A DNA stretch of 64,000 nucleotides from Octopus sinensis. Taxonomy: Eukaryota. How positions within the stretch are numbered: the first letter of the stretch is position 1; each line of letters starts with the position of its first letter. Under the pieces are notes generated by a model, which had not been told where the DNA came from, did no database searches, and worked only from the letters and a program-made list of their open reading frames with translations. The stretch is taken from the NCBI RefSeq assembly GCF_006345805.1, contig NC_043001.1, positions 3,472,001 through 3,536,000 on the forward strand, in the 5' to 3' direction. A program made the position numbers and the translations under genes. Below, in pieces: positions 1 through 13,490 of the stretch.

Positions 1-366
1 TTGTTAATGGGTGCAGGCTAGTTTAATTAGGACGGTGAAGATATATGACTATATAAATATATGCATACATATCTACATACAGACAAACATACATACATAC
101 AGACAGACAGACATATATGTACAAACACACTCGTATATATATATATATATATATATATACCTTCATATACAAGATGTGAACATACCATTAACTATACACG
201 TCTGTGTGTGTGTGTGTATTCCTTTGACGTATGTATTCATGTTTGTGTCCAAGAAACCCTGATTCCTTATGAGAATATCCAGTCTTTGGCATATTTAATT
301 ACAGTCATTTAATCAAATGTTTCTGTGTGTTGTGTGTGTGTGTGTGTGTGTGTGTTTGTGTGTGTT

Positions 367-397
<31 letters not shown>

Positions 398-1777
398 TAG
401 AATTACAGTTATGAGTATGTTTTTATGTAGATATTCAGATGTAGGAATCCCGTGTGTTTTATATATTCAAAATTTTACAAGGAAAAGAAAATCTTCAAAC
501 TCCCTTAAAATTTCCCTAAAGTCACTGACTTCTACTTTGAAGGAGAGAAGATAACGTTGGGTATTGTTGTTCTCGAAATATAAATATAAACCCATGATAA
601 TTGTCTTCAATGATAGTGATTGGCTGTTTTGTTATATTTCCGTTGAAATACGCTGACTTTGTTTCAGTAAAATTTGAAAATAATGAAATATTTATCAAAA
701 TAACTTTGGCATAATTAAGTTGGTACTTAAAACTTAGATTAGCAGGAAATGTTGATGGAAGGATTGGAATGAGATATTTTACGACAGGATTTGTTTCATA
801 GATTGACGGGCAATTTTAAATGCGTTGACATCAAAGACTTATGCCTAGAGCTGCCCACTCAACACTGACCTGGGACTGGACAACAACAACAGTAACAGCA
901 ACAGCAAGAACTACCACAGAAGCAACGACAACAAGCAACTCACAGACGTAACAACATTAATCTTTAACCATTAGAATTGGCGAAAATTCTCATCTATTTT
1001 TCTGTTGTGATGATTCCAGTTTGCCATTTATCAAATACAGCTGATATTAATTAATAATTCATTTTCATCAATTACTTTGATAGACACTTTTAAGTGTAAT
1101 TACTAATAATTTATAACAATAGGTTTGTAGGGAAGAATTGAAATCTGTCTTGAAATACTGTTTTTGAAACTTTTATTTATTAACATTATTCAGCATCCTC
1201 GTGTCATTGTTGATCGCACAAAAACTACAATTAAACATATTCAGACGGCCATGACAATCCAATCGTTTTTAGACATCGTAAACTACTTTGTCCAGTGTTT
1301 TGAGCCAGTTCGAAGATTGTGAGGTGTGTTATACTTGCTATTTCTAGCTCGTCAACCACACGTATATCAATGGAGCTTACGTCGTGCTGCATATTGGCCA
1401 CATGTCACAAATCTTTTCATTTTAAAAGGTAAATATAAATAATCTTTCTCCTGTTCTACCTTAAATGAATTAATTAAGTAAAGTAATATTACGTTTTGAT
1501 GTGTTTCTCGCCCATTGTTTTGTTCCGTGTCCCTTTCCTTAAGCTAACTGAAATCGGGTTGCTCATTTTCCCTATCACGACGTAAATGTAGGTGTGGTTT
1601 AGGCAAGGCATGTCTGAGTGCAAGTATGGCTAAATGCACGTCTGGGCGTGTGGTCAGTAGTTTCTTTCGCACCTAAATGTTTTCAGGTTCAACTTGAGCT
1701 ATTTTCTTCAAATATAGCACGGAGCTGACCAAAGCCTTGTGCGTGTACTTGTAGATGGAAACCGAAAGAGGCCATCA

Positions 1778-2211
<434 letters not shown>

Positions 2212-2239
2212 GTTAATCCAAGTAAGAAAACACAGAAAA

Positions 2240-2400
2240 AAAACAGAAAAAACACAGCAACGCGAGGACGTGGAACAAATAAAGTATTATTTGACGCTCA
2301 GGAAAGAAGGGAAGGAGAGTTTAACGTTTCGAGCGGAGCTCTTCGTCGGAAACAAGGAGAAGGAAAGATCCCGAGAAGGGAAGACAGAAGAAATAAATAT
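2240..2400 (-). mobile_element. Non-coding repeat carrying a hammerhead motif (PLE pLTR-like); second copy at about 20890-21030
   Basis: Shares ggacgtggaa...acgctcagga/acactcagga...acgtttcgagcggagctct with 20920-21015. Confidence 0.6.
2319..2353 (-). ncRNA. Minimal type-I hammerhead ribozyme motif (core variant CCGACGA)
   Basis: Minus strand reads GUUU CCGACGA A GAGC-UCC-GCUC GAAAC GUU/AAAC; stems I and II pair. Confidence 0.6.
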
Positions 2401-2659
2401 TTTTGCTGGTGGTGCTCAAGAGATCACATGTTGAAAGAACAGAAGTTGAGAGGTAGACGAATCATGATTTTTAAAAACAAGAGAGTTTCAAAGACAAGGC
2501 TGTGTGTGGGTACATGTGTGTGTGTGTGCAAGGATGACAAGTGTGTTTGTGCGTGCGTGCGTGTGTGTGTGTGTATGTATGGTGAATAATAGGCATGGCA
2601 AGCTAGCTGTCATAAAGGAGTGGCACTTGTATCCAGCCAGGTGAAAACCAGGTCAAAAA

Positions 2660-3869
2660 ACAAAGGAGTATATGTGTGTGCGTGTAAGTATATGTATCAT
2701 GTGTGTGTGTTGTTTGTAGTGTGTGTGTGTGCATGTGTGTGTTCGTGTGTGTATGCGTAGAGTTTGGGTGTGTGGCGAGTAACTGTGCTTAACCTAGTGT
2801 ATGTGTGCGTGTGTGCTTGTAGGAGCGTGTGTGCGTAGGGATGTATGTGTGGGTTCATTTGTGTGAGTGTGTATGTATGTACGTGTATGTGTGTGCGTGT
2901 ATGTGTGCGTTTGTATGTGTTTATGTGTATGTGTGCGTGCGAGTGAATGTATGTATAAATGTGTGTGTGTGTGTGTACGTGCGTGCGAGTGAATGTATGT
3001 ATATATGTGTGCGTGTGTGTATGTATGTATGTATGTGTGTATGTGTGGAAGTGTGTGTTTGAATGTATGTGTATGTGTATGTATGTATGTGTGCATGCGT
3101 GTATGTGTGTGTATGTATGTATGTATATGTATGTGTATGTATGTATCTATGTATGTGTGTGTGTACGTATGTGTGTGTATGTTTGTATGTGTGTATGTGT
3201 GTATGTGTGTATGTGTATGTGTATGTATGTGTGTATATGTATGCGTGTGTGTATGTATGTATGTGTGTATGTGTGTATGTGTGTGTATGTGTGTATGTAT
3301 GTATGTGTGTGTATGTATGTATGTGTGTATGTGTGTATATGTGTGTGTATGTATGTGTGTGTATGTATGTATGTGTGCCTGCGTGTATGTGTGCATGTGT
3401 GTATGTATGTATGTATATGTATTGCGTGTGTGTGTATGTATGTGTGTGTGTATGTATGTATGTATGTATGTATGTGTGCATGCGTATATGTGTGTATGTG
3501 TGTGCGTATGTATGCATATATATGTGTGTGTATGTGTGTGTGTGTATGTGTGTATATGTGTGTGTATGTGCGTATGTATGTATGTATGTGTGTGTATGTG
3601 TATGTGTGTATGTGTGTGTATGTATGTATGTATGTACGTGTGTGTATGTATGTGTGTATGTGTTTAAGTGTGTGTGTGTATGTATGTACGTGTGTGTGTA
3701 TGTGTGTGTATGTATGTATGTGTGCATGTGTGTGTATGTGTGTGTGTATGTGTGTGTATGTATGTATGTATGTATGTATATGTATGTTTGTGTATGCATG
3801 TATCTATGTATGTATGTGTGTATGTATGTGTGTATATATGTATATATGTGTGTGTATGTATGTATATAT

Positions 3870-3962
<93 letters not shown>
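2660..3962. repeat. About 1.3 kb compound (TG/TA/TGTA)n alternating purine-pyrimidine tract
   Basis: Direct reading; source of the 200-380 aa CVYM/HTY pseudo-ORFs. Confidence 0.97.
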
Positions 3963-3964
<2 letters not shown>

Positions 3965-3974
3965 GGAGTGACCT

Positions 3975-4636
3975 GAAGATAGAGACAGAAGCACTCATTA
4001 GCGAATGCCCGAAATTGGCCCAATACGAATACAAGAAAGTGGCAAGAATGGTTCATTTGGAGTTAATATGGAAATCCCGGGCTAGAAAGAGCAAACAATT
4101 GCTGTGAAAAAAATCCAGAAGGTGTCACTGAAAATGAAAACTGCAAAAGCCTTTGGGATGGCATGCATCAATCCGGTGAATACGAGGTTTAATAGTATTC
4201 CGGTGTGATCACCCGACGAGACTTCGGTACGGGACATTGCTGTGGTGAATAAAATAGAAAGAACCTGTATGATTATCGACGTATCATGCCCTGGTGACAG
4301 TATAATCAATGTGAAAGAAGAAGAAACAATAAGCAACTATGACGATTTGAAGTGGGGAATACGAGGTTTATGGTCAATGAAGAGAGTAGATGGGATACCA
4401 ATAGTAATTGGTGTACTTGGAAGTATCAGCACTCAACTACCATCATGGCTGGAAAAGATCGGTGCAAGTGTGAAGGTAGAACACCTTAAAAAATCAGCAT
4501 TGCCTGGAACTGCAAGAATTCTTCACAGGGTTCTTGAAACATCACCAGTAAACAAGTGCCACCTTAGTCTGCATGCCCAGCTTACAACAAGGTATGCGAT
4601 AAAGAAGAAAGAAAAGTCGATAGATATGACAGGTTA
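3975..4636 (+). mobile_element. RLE-type non-LTR retrotransposon (R4/NeSL-like) 3' relic: zinc-knuckle remnant plus restriction-like endonuclease
   Basis: [17 protein letters not shown]; DIAVVNKIERTCMIIDVSCPGD...KEEETISNYDDLKW...IPIVIGVLG...KSALPGTARILHRVLE, with frameshifts. Confidence 0.88.
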
Positions 4637-4689
4637 GCTTGGGAGGTTAAACAGTTGTGGCTGCTGAAAATGGTGGTAGTAGCACCAAT

Positions 4690-4949
4690 AATTGACGGAG
4701 GTCTGAGAATAGTGAATAAAAATCTTGAAAAGCACATGGAACAAATATGGGCTGCAATAAGGGTGGATCAATTGCAGAAAACAGCTGGAACCGCTGGTAT
4801 ACTCCGGATGGTGCTCGAAAAGTAAGGGTTGTTACCTTAGTTCACTGGTAGTGAACAGCTGGCACCGTAGTACAGCTCCAGCACTAGAAGCTGTGCAAAG
4901 GCAATATAATAATAATAATACTAAAAATAACAACAACAACAACAACAAC

Positions 4950-4990
<41 letters not shown>
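4690..4990 (+). mobile_element. Second RLE-LINE 3' end with (AAT/AAC)n tail
   Basis: IVNKNLEKHMEQIWAAIRVDQLQKTA..TAGILRMVLEK*, then a short UTR and trinucleotide tail. Confidence 0.7.
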
Positions 4991-4994
<4 letters not shown>

Positions 4995-5368
4995 CATCAT
5001 CATCATCATCATTGTTCGACCGTGGTCGAGACAATGGAATTTACCATGTTGCGCCAGACTTCACGGTCCATTATAGCATTACGGAGGTCTGTTGCTGGAT
5101 GCCTGTATCCATGGAGATTACATCAGGGTTGGAGAGTGTGCGCCCTCTGGTGTTGCGAGTAGATGGCTTCCAGAGGAGAAGAGTAGAAATTACTTCTTTT
5201 CAGCTCTACAACAATGCCAGCAAACTGGACTCTCCTACCTTCACAAGAGATGACACAGGTGGTAATTTCCCATATATTTGCATTTTAGTTGGATGGCGCC
5301 TCCACGAGAGATTTTGAGCTCTCATAAGGAGGCGAGTGTAGGTTCCATCCAACCGCCTCTCAAGTTCT
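4995..5368 (-). mobile_element. RTE-like LINE 3' end with (TGA)n tail
   Basis: Minus strand: KELERRLDGTYTRLLMRAQNLSWRRHPTKMQIYGKLPPVSSLV...FAGHC..AEKEVISTLLLWKP...DREVWRNMVNSIVSTTVEQ*. Confidence 0.85.
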
Positions 5369-5640
5369 TTGATAACGTCCAATGCCCAGTCTCTTTTACA
5401 ATCTCTCGAACAAGCCTCAATTTGTGTAGGTCTTTACCTCAATGAGGCCAAAACTGAATACATAAACAAGTGCCTGTCCAACAGTGATTGCATCATCCAC
5501 ACTCTCAACAATGCGCCTTTAAATATGGTTTCTGATTACAAATATCTTGGGTCATACATATCATCATCTGGAAAAGACTTTCTAACTAGAAAGGGTATGG
5601 CCTGGTCAGCCTGTAATGACATGCATAAGATCTGGTCATA
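5369..5640 (+). mobile_element. Inverted upstream RT segment of the same RTE-like LINE
   Basis: AQSLLQSLEQASICVGLYLNEAKTEY...YKYLGSYISSSGKDFLTRKGMAWSACNDMHKIWS (RT domains 6-7 and thumb). Confidence 0.85.
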
Positions 5641-7159
5641 ATAATAATAATAATAAATCTTTCTATTATAGACACAAAGCCTGACATTTGGGAGTGGCAG
5701 GGCCAACTTGATTACATTGACTCGTGTGCTCGGCTGTTATTTATTTTACTGATTCCAAAAATAGACAATTGCGACTTCAGCATTATTTGAACACGAAACT
5801 GGAAGCTGGGAAAATCACTGCGAAAACTTCTATCTGGCATGGAAACAATTCTGTCAGCTTACAGAGGAGATGTGTCTATAAATTAACCTTAATAGTTGAT
5901 TGCGGTTATATAGTTGACCAAGAAGTATAAAAGCAAAAACTGACCTTGGTAGAATTTGAAATCTTAATGAAATGACCTGGGACAATATAACAACAGTGAT
6001 CAGAGCCCGACAAAAACAAGCAATAAAGCCGAAAAGTCCATGACAAAATCATATATCAATGTAAATAACTGTCCGTACTATATACAAACAGCTTGATAAA
6101 AATGTAAAAAACTGTGCAACAAATTTTGTTTATGTAAATAAAAAAATTAATAATCTTAATCTCAAAAAACAGATTGATTTGATCTGCTCAGTAGCTGTGT
6201 TTGTATCGATGGAAGCCAGGTATGGACTTAACAGAGTCAGAGCCTCCTGAGACAAATCTAACACAAATATTGGGAATATGTATACTTCAAAACATTTTGG
6301 GAAAAAGGAATCACTGATCTCTATGTAAGGACACGGAGAAAGAGGGTTTGAAGATTAAAAAGAAACGAGAAATGAAATAACATAAAAAATGTAACATCAA
6401 TGAAATGGAAGAGAATCTAAAAGCTAAAGAAAAGTTTAAACAACTCCTAAAAGCCAAACCAGGCAAGATAAAAGCATTTAAAAGACATGCGCACTTCTTT
6501 CTGAAAAAAAAAAAGATACAAGGTATGTGAATCAAAGGCGAAAAGAATTTACTGACATAAGCAAAAAAGAAAGAAAAAAAACGATGCGAAAGTCACACCA
6601 ACATCAGTGGAAATTCAAGCAAACTGGTATGGAAGGAGAAACGGAAACATCCAGTACAATATGAGGAGCAAATCTAGGTCAGAAAGGAGGAAACTGTATA
6701 AGAGCACCGCAAATGTGGGTCATCGTAGCTCAGAAGCCATTATGTATGCTTTGGGATTATCTCCGGTTAAAGTCCCCAGATCAGTGAATATACCGGTGCA
6801 GTATACAAGGACCTGATAATGATCAAACTCGAATCTATCAATATCTGAAGTTACGTCTAAGATGTGAACAAAAATAATTGCCGCAAAACAAAATTATCAG
6901 AAACTGTCATATCTATAAACCTTTAACCTGATTGCTAGCTACATATAAATCACTTATGTCCACGTTCTCCAGCATTCCTCCTTTACAACAAGTTTATCGT
7001 CCAACTATTGGGAAATAACATATACTAGAGCAGTCAAAAACTTCTGGGAAGCGATATTTATGGTCAAAAACAGCCATTTGGGATTAGAAGCTGATGAAAC
7101 ACTACATAGAAAATTAGAAAAGATTATCATAGAAAAGTTATATATTTAAGGGATGAGGA

Positions 7160-7285
7160 GTTACGTACATTATTTACATTTGACGGATGTTTGTCCTCAT
7201 TTGGTTTGTTGTTAACACAACTGTGTTAACAACAAACAAGATGAAGACAAATATCCGTCTAACGAAAAGAATGTAAATAATGAAT
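7160..7285. repeat. Palindrome made of two inverted copies of the 3' tail of the tRNA-hammerhead SINE
   Basis: Both arms match 49093-49146; centre gttaacaca-ac-tgtgttaac at 7211-7230. Confidence 0.85.
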
Positions 7286-7299
7286 AGAAAAGTTAGTCT

Positions 7300-7498
7300 A
7301 ATATTTATTTCAATTTTGGCACAAGAACAGCAGTTTTGGGGAAGGAGCTAAGCTGATTACATCGACTTATTACATCGATTTCGAAAGAATGAAGACAAGG
7401 TGGACCTCGGTGGAATTTGAACTCAGAACGTAAAGACCGACAAAATGCGACGGATTATTTCTCCCGTGGGTTAACGATTCTTGCAGCTCGCCGCCCTA
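7300..7498 (-). mobile_element. tRNA-derived SINE, family B, degenerate
   Basis: Reverse complement of ggcggcgagctg...ttctgagttcaaattcc; homologous to 41622-41849. Confidence 0.85.
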
Positions 7499-7539
7499 AG
7501 AGTTCGTCTAAAACTAAAAATTGATCACAATAATTTTAG

Positions 7540-7810
7540 AAGTGCAGTAATAGGTATACATATGTTAGCCATTCCAGTTATAAAGTACACTTCCATCTTA
7601 TAGAATTGAGAGTCGAATGAATTGAAGAACAGAAACAGAACAAGCAATCTAAAAAACTACCAGGATTATTCTGAAGCCACGTCTGAAAGGATCACAAAAA
7701 TAGAATATACCTGGCCTGTGTTCAAGAAAGACTGGGTTTATAAAAACAGAGGACGACTACAAAATAACAATAGTAGGTCTAGAAAATATAGGCAAAGGGA
7801 AGGAAGAACA
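7540..7810 (+). mobile_element. RLE-LINE RT/thumb relic
   Basis: MLAIPVIKYTSIL..ELKN.NRT...EDDYKITIVGLE-type sequence, resembling AIPVIRYSFGII.W...EL..LDRKTRK. Confidence 0.55.
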
Positions 7811-7834
7811 GTGATCGAAGTTGTAAACGAATAT

Positions 7835-7876
<42 letters not shown>

Positions 7877-10800
7877 ATATATATAACCGAACCACAACGG
7901 GTTGGTAAAATATAAATCGTAAAGCATGCGAGGTAAAGAGAGATATCGTAGATTTTTCTTGTACAGGTGTATTTGTGTTCACGTCATTGTGTAGTAGAAA
8001 TCCACAGATAGAGACAGGGTAATGTTGTAGAGAAAAGATAGTGAGATAGTGAAAGAGAATGAAGAGGGCAGTTGTACATATCATAGGGGCTGACTGTTTT
8101 CTGTCTCCCCCTGGCCGTTTGTCTCCTCGACTGGCTGTCTGCCCGTGGCCATCTCTATTTGCCTCCGTTCACCAACTGATTTTGGCTTACGAAATTCTAG
8201 TATTTATAACTATAGAAAACTAATTAGAACAATAGATATAATGCAAAGACAATGGATATACTTTTGGGGTCCACTGTTATCTCAGTTCCATTCTCCGTCG
8301 CATACAAGAGGTTAGAAGGGTCAAGTGGCAAAGACAAAAATCGGCTTAGAAAAGCCATATCGTAAATGTACTGTTGTCACTATTGTTCCTCTTTGAGAAA
8401 AGTACCGTTGAAGTATTATGGGAAATTTGCTGATTCAGGTTCGAATCTACTCTATGTTTCAATGAATAAAATCAGACAAACCATTTTGAGGCTCACAATG
8501 TTATACAGACTCTCAAAAGTGTCACAACCCACATCGTACAGGATATATTTGAGAGCTGTGAACACAATTGAAATATTGCATTCTATGCATGTAAATCATA
8601 CCTTAAAAAATAAACAACCAATGAAATAATACGATTCCCATAACACATAAACTATGGAATCATTATAAAACAATATAACACAACGCAAACTCTAAGCAGT
8701 CTTATTCACAAACACATGCCCCACTAAGGGACAATATTAAGCTGGAAACAGGGGAAGGTTGGTGAGAGGAAGGACATCCGGCTGTAGACAATCTTCCTCA
8801 CTAATTACCATCGACCCATGCGACCAGGAAAAAGGAAGCTTTGCAATAACGATGATGATGACCTCTAGAGCATGAAGAAATTCACATGAAACTGCTGAAA
8901 GCAATAACAAGAATAACAGCAGTAATGTCAATACTATCAGCAACAACATATAAGTTGTTGGTTATAAATTCTATGATGTGTTGAATGAACATAGGAAAAA
9001 TTCTTGTGAGACAGAATATCAAATGAATTTTTAGCTATTTGTGATAATTACTTTATTCTGGCTCAATCTAATCATTGATGCTGATATTATAGCATAAAGC
9101 CACTTCTCATGAGGTTCATGATCTTGCAAGCTACATAGCAATTTCACAAATGCTGGTGGTGTGAAAAATAAGTCAGTTCACACCGAAGACTGGTTGGCAA
9201 TAGGAAGAGCATCCAGCTATAGAAACCACACCAAAGCAGACAGTGGAATATGATGCTGTCCTTGGCCCTGAAATATCCTGTGAGAATATCCAACCAATGC
9301 AAGAATGGACGTGGATTTTAAAAGTTGATGAAGACAAAAATGCTATAAACATACGTACATACATACATATATGGTCATGTGTTTATATATACACACACGC
9401 ACGTGTGCACACACACACACAAACACACGCACACAGACATACACACGTGCGCACACATATATACACACATGTTGTTGCTTAATGAGGCAACCAATGGTTT
9501 TATGAGAATCGATCTTCACAATTGTTTATGCGTGCCACATGGAAGTGTTAGTAGTTGTCTCTATTATCCAAAATAGAGAGGAGTACCAATACGTCCACGT
9601 GACACACTTGAAGAATTGTGAAGTTCTCTTCACATGAGGCAATTGGTAGCCTTAGATCACAAATGAAAAACATTGATCTACCAGTGTGGTGTTGAGCAAT
9701 TATTCTCACTATTGGAAAATAGCGCGTGTATATACATATATGCTTACACACACATGCACACACGCGCACACACACACGTACACATACACACACACATATA
9801 TATAGAGTGAGAGAAAGAAAGAGATATATAAATACATACATATATAGCTAGCTAGATGTGGATATGTAGATATGTGTGTATGTGTATGTGTGTGCACAAA
9901 TATAAATATATATGTATATGCGTATGCGTATGCGTGCTTTTGTTTGAATGTACAGTGTTAGCAATACTCTGTTGGTATTTTTATCAGCCATAAATATTTC
10001 AATATCTCATTAGTGATGGTCGTATAGACAAGACAGTTTATTAATTATTTGTAAGTTCATATGTTACAGCCAACAACACAACCATAATATCGACATCAAT
10101 GATTAGATTGAGCCATAATATAGCAATTTTCACTGATAAATAGCTAAAAACTTTCATCAGATATTTTGTGTTGTGAGTTGTTTTTTCTTCTTCTTAAATT
10201 CGTTCATTTAGATAGATCAGTAAACAGGTCAGAGGATGTTTCGCTGAAAATTTCTACCAATTATCGTTGTTCGTGCTCTTGAAGTTGTTGTTGTCAGCAG
10301 TCTAATGTGACATTCTCATGCTCCAAAGGTCATCACAATCATCATCGTCATCATCACCATCATCACCGCCATCATCGTCGTCGTTAACATCATCATCATC
10401 ATCATCATCGTCGTCGTCGTCGTCATCGTCATAATGACAACTTTTCAATGATCACAGAGGCTAGGTGCTGTTAGCCGAGGTATTGTCTACGGCTTCCTTC
10501 CATTCCTCTGACTAACCCTCACCTGTTTCCGAAGTAAAGTAATATTTCCCTTCGATAGGATGTATTTCCACGTAAGCCTGGAGACGGCAACAACACGGCT
10601 GTTATGAGAGTGATGTGTCTTTGCAACCATAACGAGATGTCACGAAAAACAGAGACGAACAACTGCACACACACAAGCGCACGTGCATGTACACAGATAT
10701 ACATCCATACACACATATACACACACATGGACACATACGGTTCTACATAGTCAAAGCAAATCAACACAAGACGCCAGGACACACCGTATATATGTGTTGC

Positions 10801-11992
10801 TGTATGTATGTATTGGCATATATATATATAAAGAGAGAGAAAGAGAGAGAGAGAGAGAAGGCGAAAACGAAGAGGAAAGAAGCATAAAAAGAGGGCACAA
10901 AAGGGTGAAAAAGAAAATATTAACCCAATAGAATCCAAGAAGGATGCTGTGAGGGAGGAATGATGCAAAGTAAATACCATCAGTCCAAGGAGAATAAAGC
11001 AAAAGTCCACTTGCAGGAACCAAACAAACCAAAGATGGAGATATGTTTAGAGGAGAACAGCTCTCAAGATAAAGATCTATCCGGAGAAACGAACGAAGAC
11101 AAAGGCGGCAGCAGGCTGGCAAGCTGAGAAGGGACGGGGGCCCAGCGTGGGTACAGAAGCAAAAGTAAAACAATGTAGGCTTGCGGAGGCAATTGGTTCA
11201 GGTAAAAAGGAAGCTAAACCAGTCTGCACGTTCTAGGCAAAGTGTACTTGCATAGAGACATTGGGACAGACTGAAGACTTGCTCATCCCAAATCTCATAT
11301 TGGCAGTACTCGTTCCACTTACTTGAAAACCAGCAAGAAAGGCCGCTAATTGCACATTTGTATATGTAAGTGTGTATTTATACTCACACATATTAACATA
11401 TACACATACAAAAAACGCTTACATATACGTGGCCGTTTGTTTAATAATTTTGCTTCCCAGCTGCCCTGTGTCATGTTCGGTACCACTGTGCAGGACTTGC
11501 AGAAATACATTCTATCAGTGTTTCATGTTAACGAAAGGACTTATGTGTGGATTTTGCAATCGGAAACTGAAAAATGCCCGTTGCGTATAAGCATACATGG
11601 GTGTGTACATATGTGTGTGTATGAGGGTGCTCGTGTTGTCTTCTTGTCTTGTCACCATGCGATAGTTGTAAACTAGTGACAACATATTAATGGCGAAATT
11701 CGTTTCCTATTTTCCGTAAAAACAAGTCTGGCCACAGTGATATGTTATCTTGCTTAGAAACATGCGAATGTTATTGACAGGAAGAGCATCCAACCGTACG
11801 AAATCTGTCTTATGAAATATTGTATGACTCATGCATGCATGAAAAGTCATGTGCCAAATGCTTCTGATGAAGTTGATATATATATGTATGTATGAATGTA
11901 TGTATGTATATAATTATTATTTGAGGGAATATTATTCCTAACTTACAAGGAAAAATTCAATTTCACAAAATATAATATAAATATATGTATAA

Positions 11993-12293
11993 AAATTAGG
12001 AAAAAAATACCTTTTATCAATTCAAAATGAACAATTAAATTACACCATCTAGAAAATTACATATAATAGAAATATTAAAATTAAAATAACAATAATATAC
12101 CGATGATTAAGTAAATTGCAAAATGATAATAAAAAATAATAAATATATACGTTTTTATTATTATTTGGCAATTCACTTAATCATCGGTATATAATTGTTA
12201 TTTTAATTTTAATATTTCTATTATATGTAATTTTCTAGATGGTGTAATTTAATTGTTCATTTTGAATTGATAAAAGGTGCTTTTTTTCTAATT

Positions 12294-12294
<1 letters not shown>
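11993..12294. repeat. About 300 bp near-perfect AT-rich inverted repeat (arms about 140 bp, short spacer)
   Basis: ttttatcaattcaaaatgaacaattaaattacaccatctagaaaattac...ccgatgattaag and its reverse complement at 12151-12294. Confidence 0.92.
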
Positions 12295-12325
<31 letters not shown>

Positions 12326-13079
12326 ACGATGATGATGATGATGATGATGATGATGATATATATGGATATATATGTCCGCCTGCTGTATGTAAACACGTAT
12401 ATCCGTGTGCATGTGTGTGTGAGTGCACAATTGCAAATAATATTTATGTCAGCTCAACATGCAACCAATGGCACCAATGTATTGGTGTTTTTCTTTTTAG
12501 CATAAAGATGATAATGCGCTAAAGTTCAGCTGCAGTGAAGACATTCTCCGCAACTAAACATTATAGTTTAAACACCTGTCGAGAAGGTTATTTCGAAATG
12601 TCATTAAGCATGGCAGAAAAGTTTAAATATGAATTCTTCAGACTTAGTACTGTCACATGACCTACGCTCATAGGTAAAGTGTGATGCATGCATGTGTGCA
12701 TATAAGATGCATGTATATGCCTGTATATCTGATGTGACATGGTCACGTGTTATTCATCCTTTCACACATTTGAGTCATTTGATTGTGGCCATTCTGGGGC
12801 AACGACTTCAAATGTTTTGTTGGGGAAATTTGCTTTCAGTTTGGTGCATATTCTATCAAGTGCCGATTGTCAAACTGATAAGTTATGAGGATGTAAACAA
12901 ACCAACAGCTACTGTCAAACTGTGACACGAACACAAACACAAAGACGCATACGCATATATACATACATATATACGCACACATATAATATAATATGAGTTA
13001 TTTCGCTAACTTGCGATCTAAACGAGTAGGTATACTAAGTGCTATAACTGGTCTTCCGGTAGGTTCCCAGTTCACGGCT

Positions 13080-13490
13080 GAGGCTGGAGCTGGGGATCTG
13101 TAATAGGCTTCCGTGTTACCAGGTATATATTATATTAGAGGAAAAAGAACAACAAAAACCAAGGTAAGACAGGTATCTCAAGTAATTTAGAACAATTAAT
13201 CAGGGTAAGGTGAATTTGAAGTCTTAGAGCTGTTTCTGCGATGTCCCAAGTGATAGGCTACCATATCCGTACACTGGGTAGTCCGTCACCAGAGACAAGG
13301 TGAGTATGTAAGAAAGTTCCAGACAGGGAAATTCACAGTCTATGAGAAACAAAATAGTAGATAGAAGAATAAAGATTAAAGTAGTATACAGGAAAATAAA
13401 ATCCTCAGTTCATCATCTTCCAGAGGTTATGGAGTTGGTTTGTAATTCCGTGAAGGTATAGGTCCTTAAGTATAATCCCAGGTAAATCCA
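13080..13490 (-). mobile_element. Penelope-like pLTR/3'UTR-like segment, inverted relative to the adjacent endonuclease relic
   Basis: Carries a hammerhead motif on the minus strand; abuts the plus-strand GIY-YIG C-terminus. Confidence 0.55.
13221..13296 (-). ncRNA. Degenerate type-I hammerhead with long helix II
   Basis: GUCU CUGGUGA...CCCAG..UUGGG..CA GAAAC AGCU CUA/AGAC; two core mismatches; same flanks as 61799-61846. Confidence 0.5.

Noticed and set aside
2794-4107. 200-380 aa ORFs (HTYT/CVYM repeats) and similar IYIY/YLSI ORFs across the window
   Set aside because: Translations of dinucleotide and tetranucleotide microsatellites that lack stops by construction.
7091-7125. CTGATGA matches here and at about 10155 (-), 11865, 14240 (-), 22913 (-), 26215 and 47580 (-)
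   Set aside because: No helix II, GAAA and NUH arrangement follows; these are chance heptamers.
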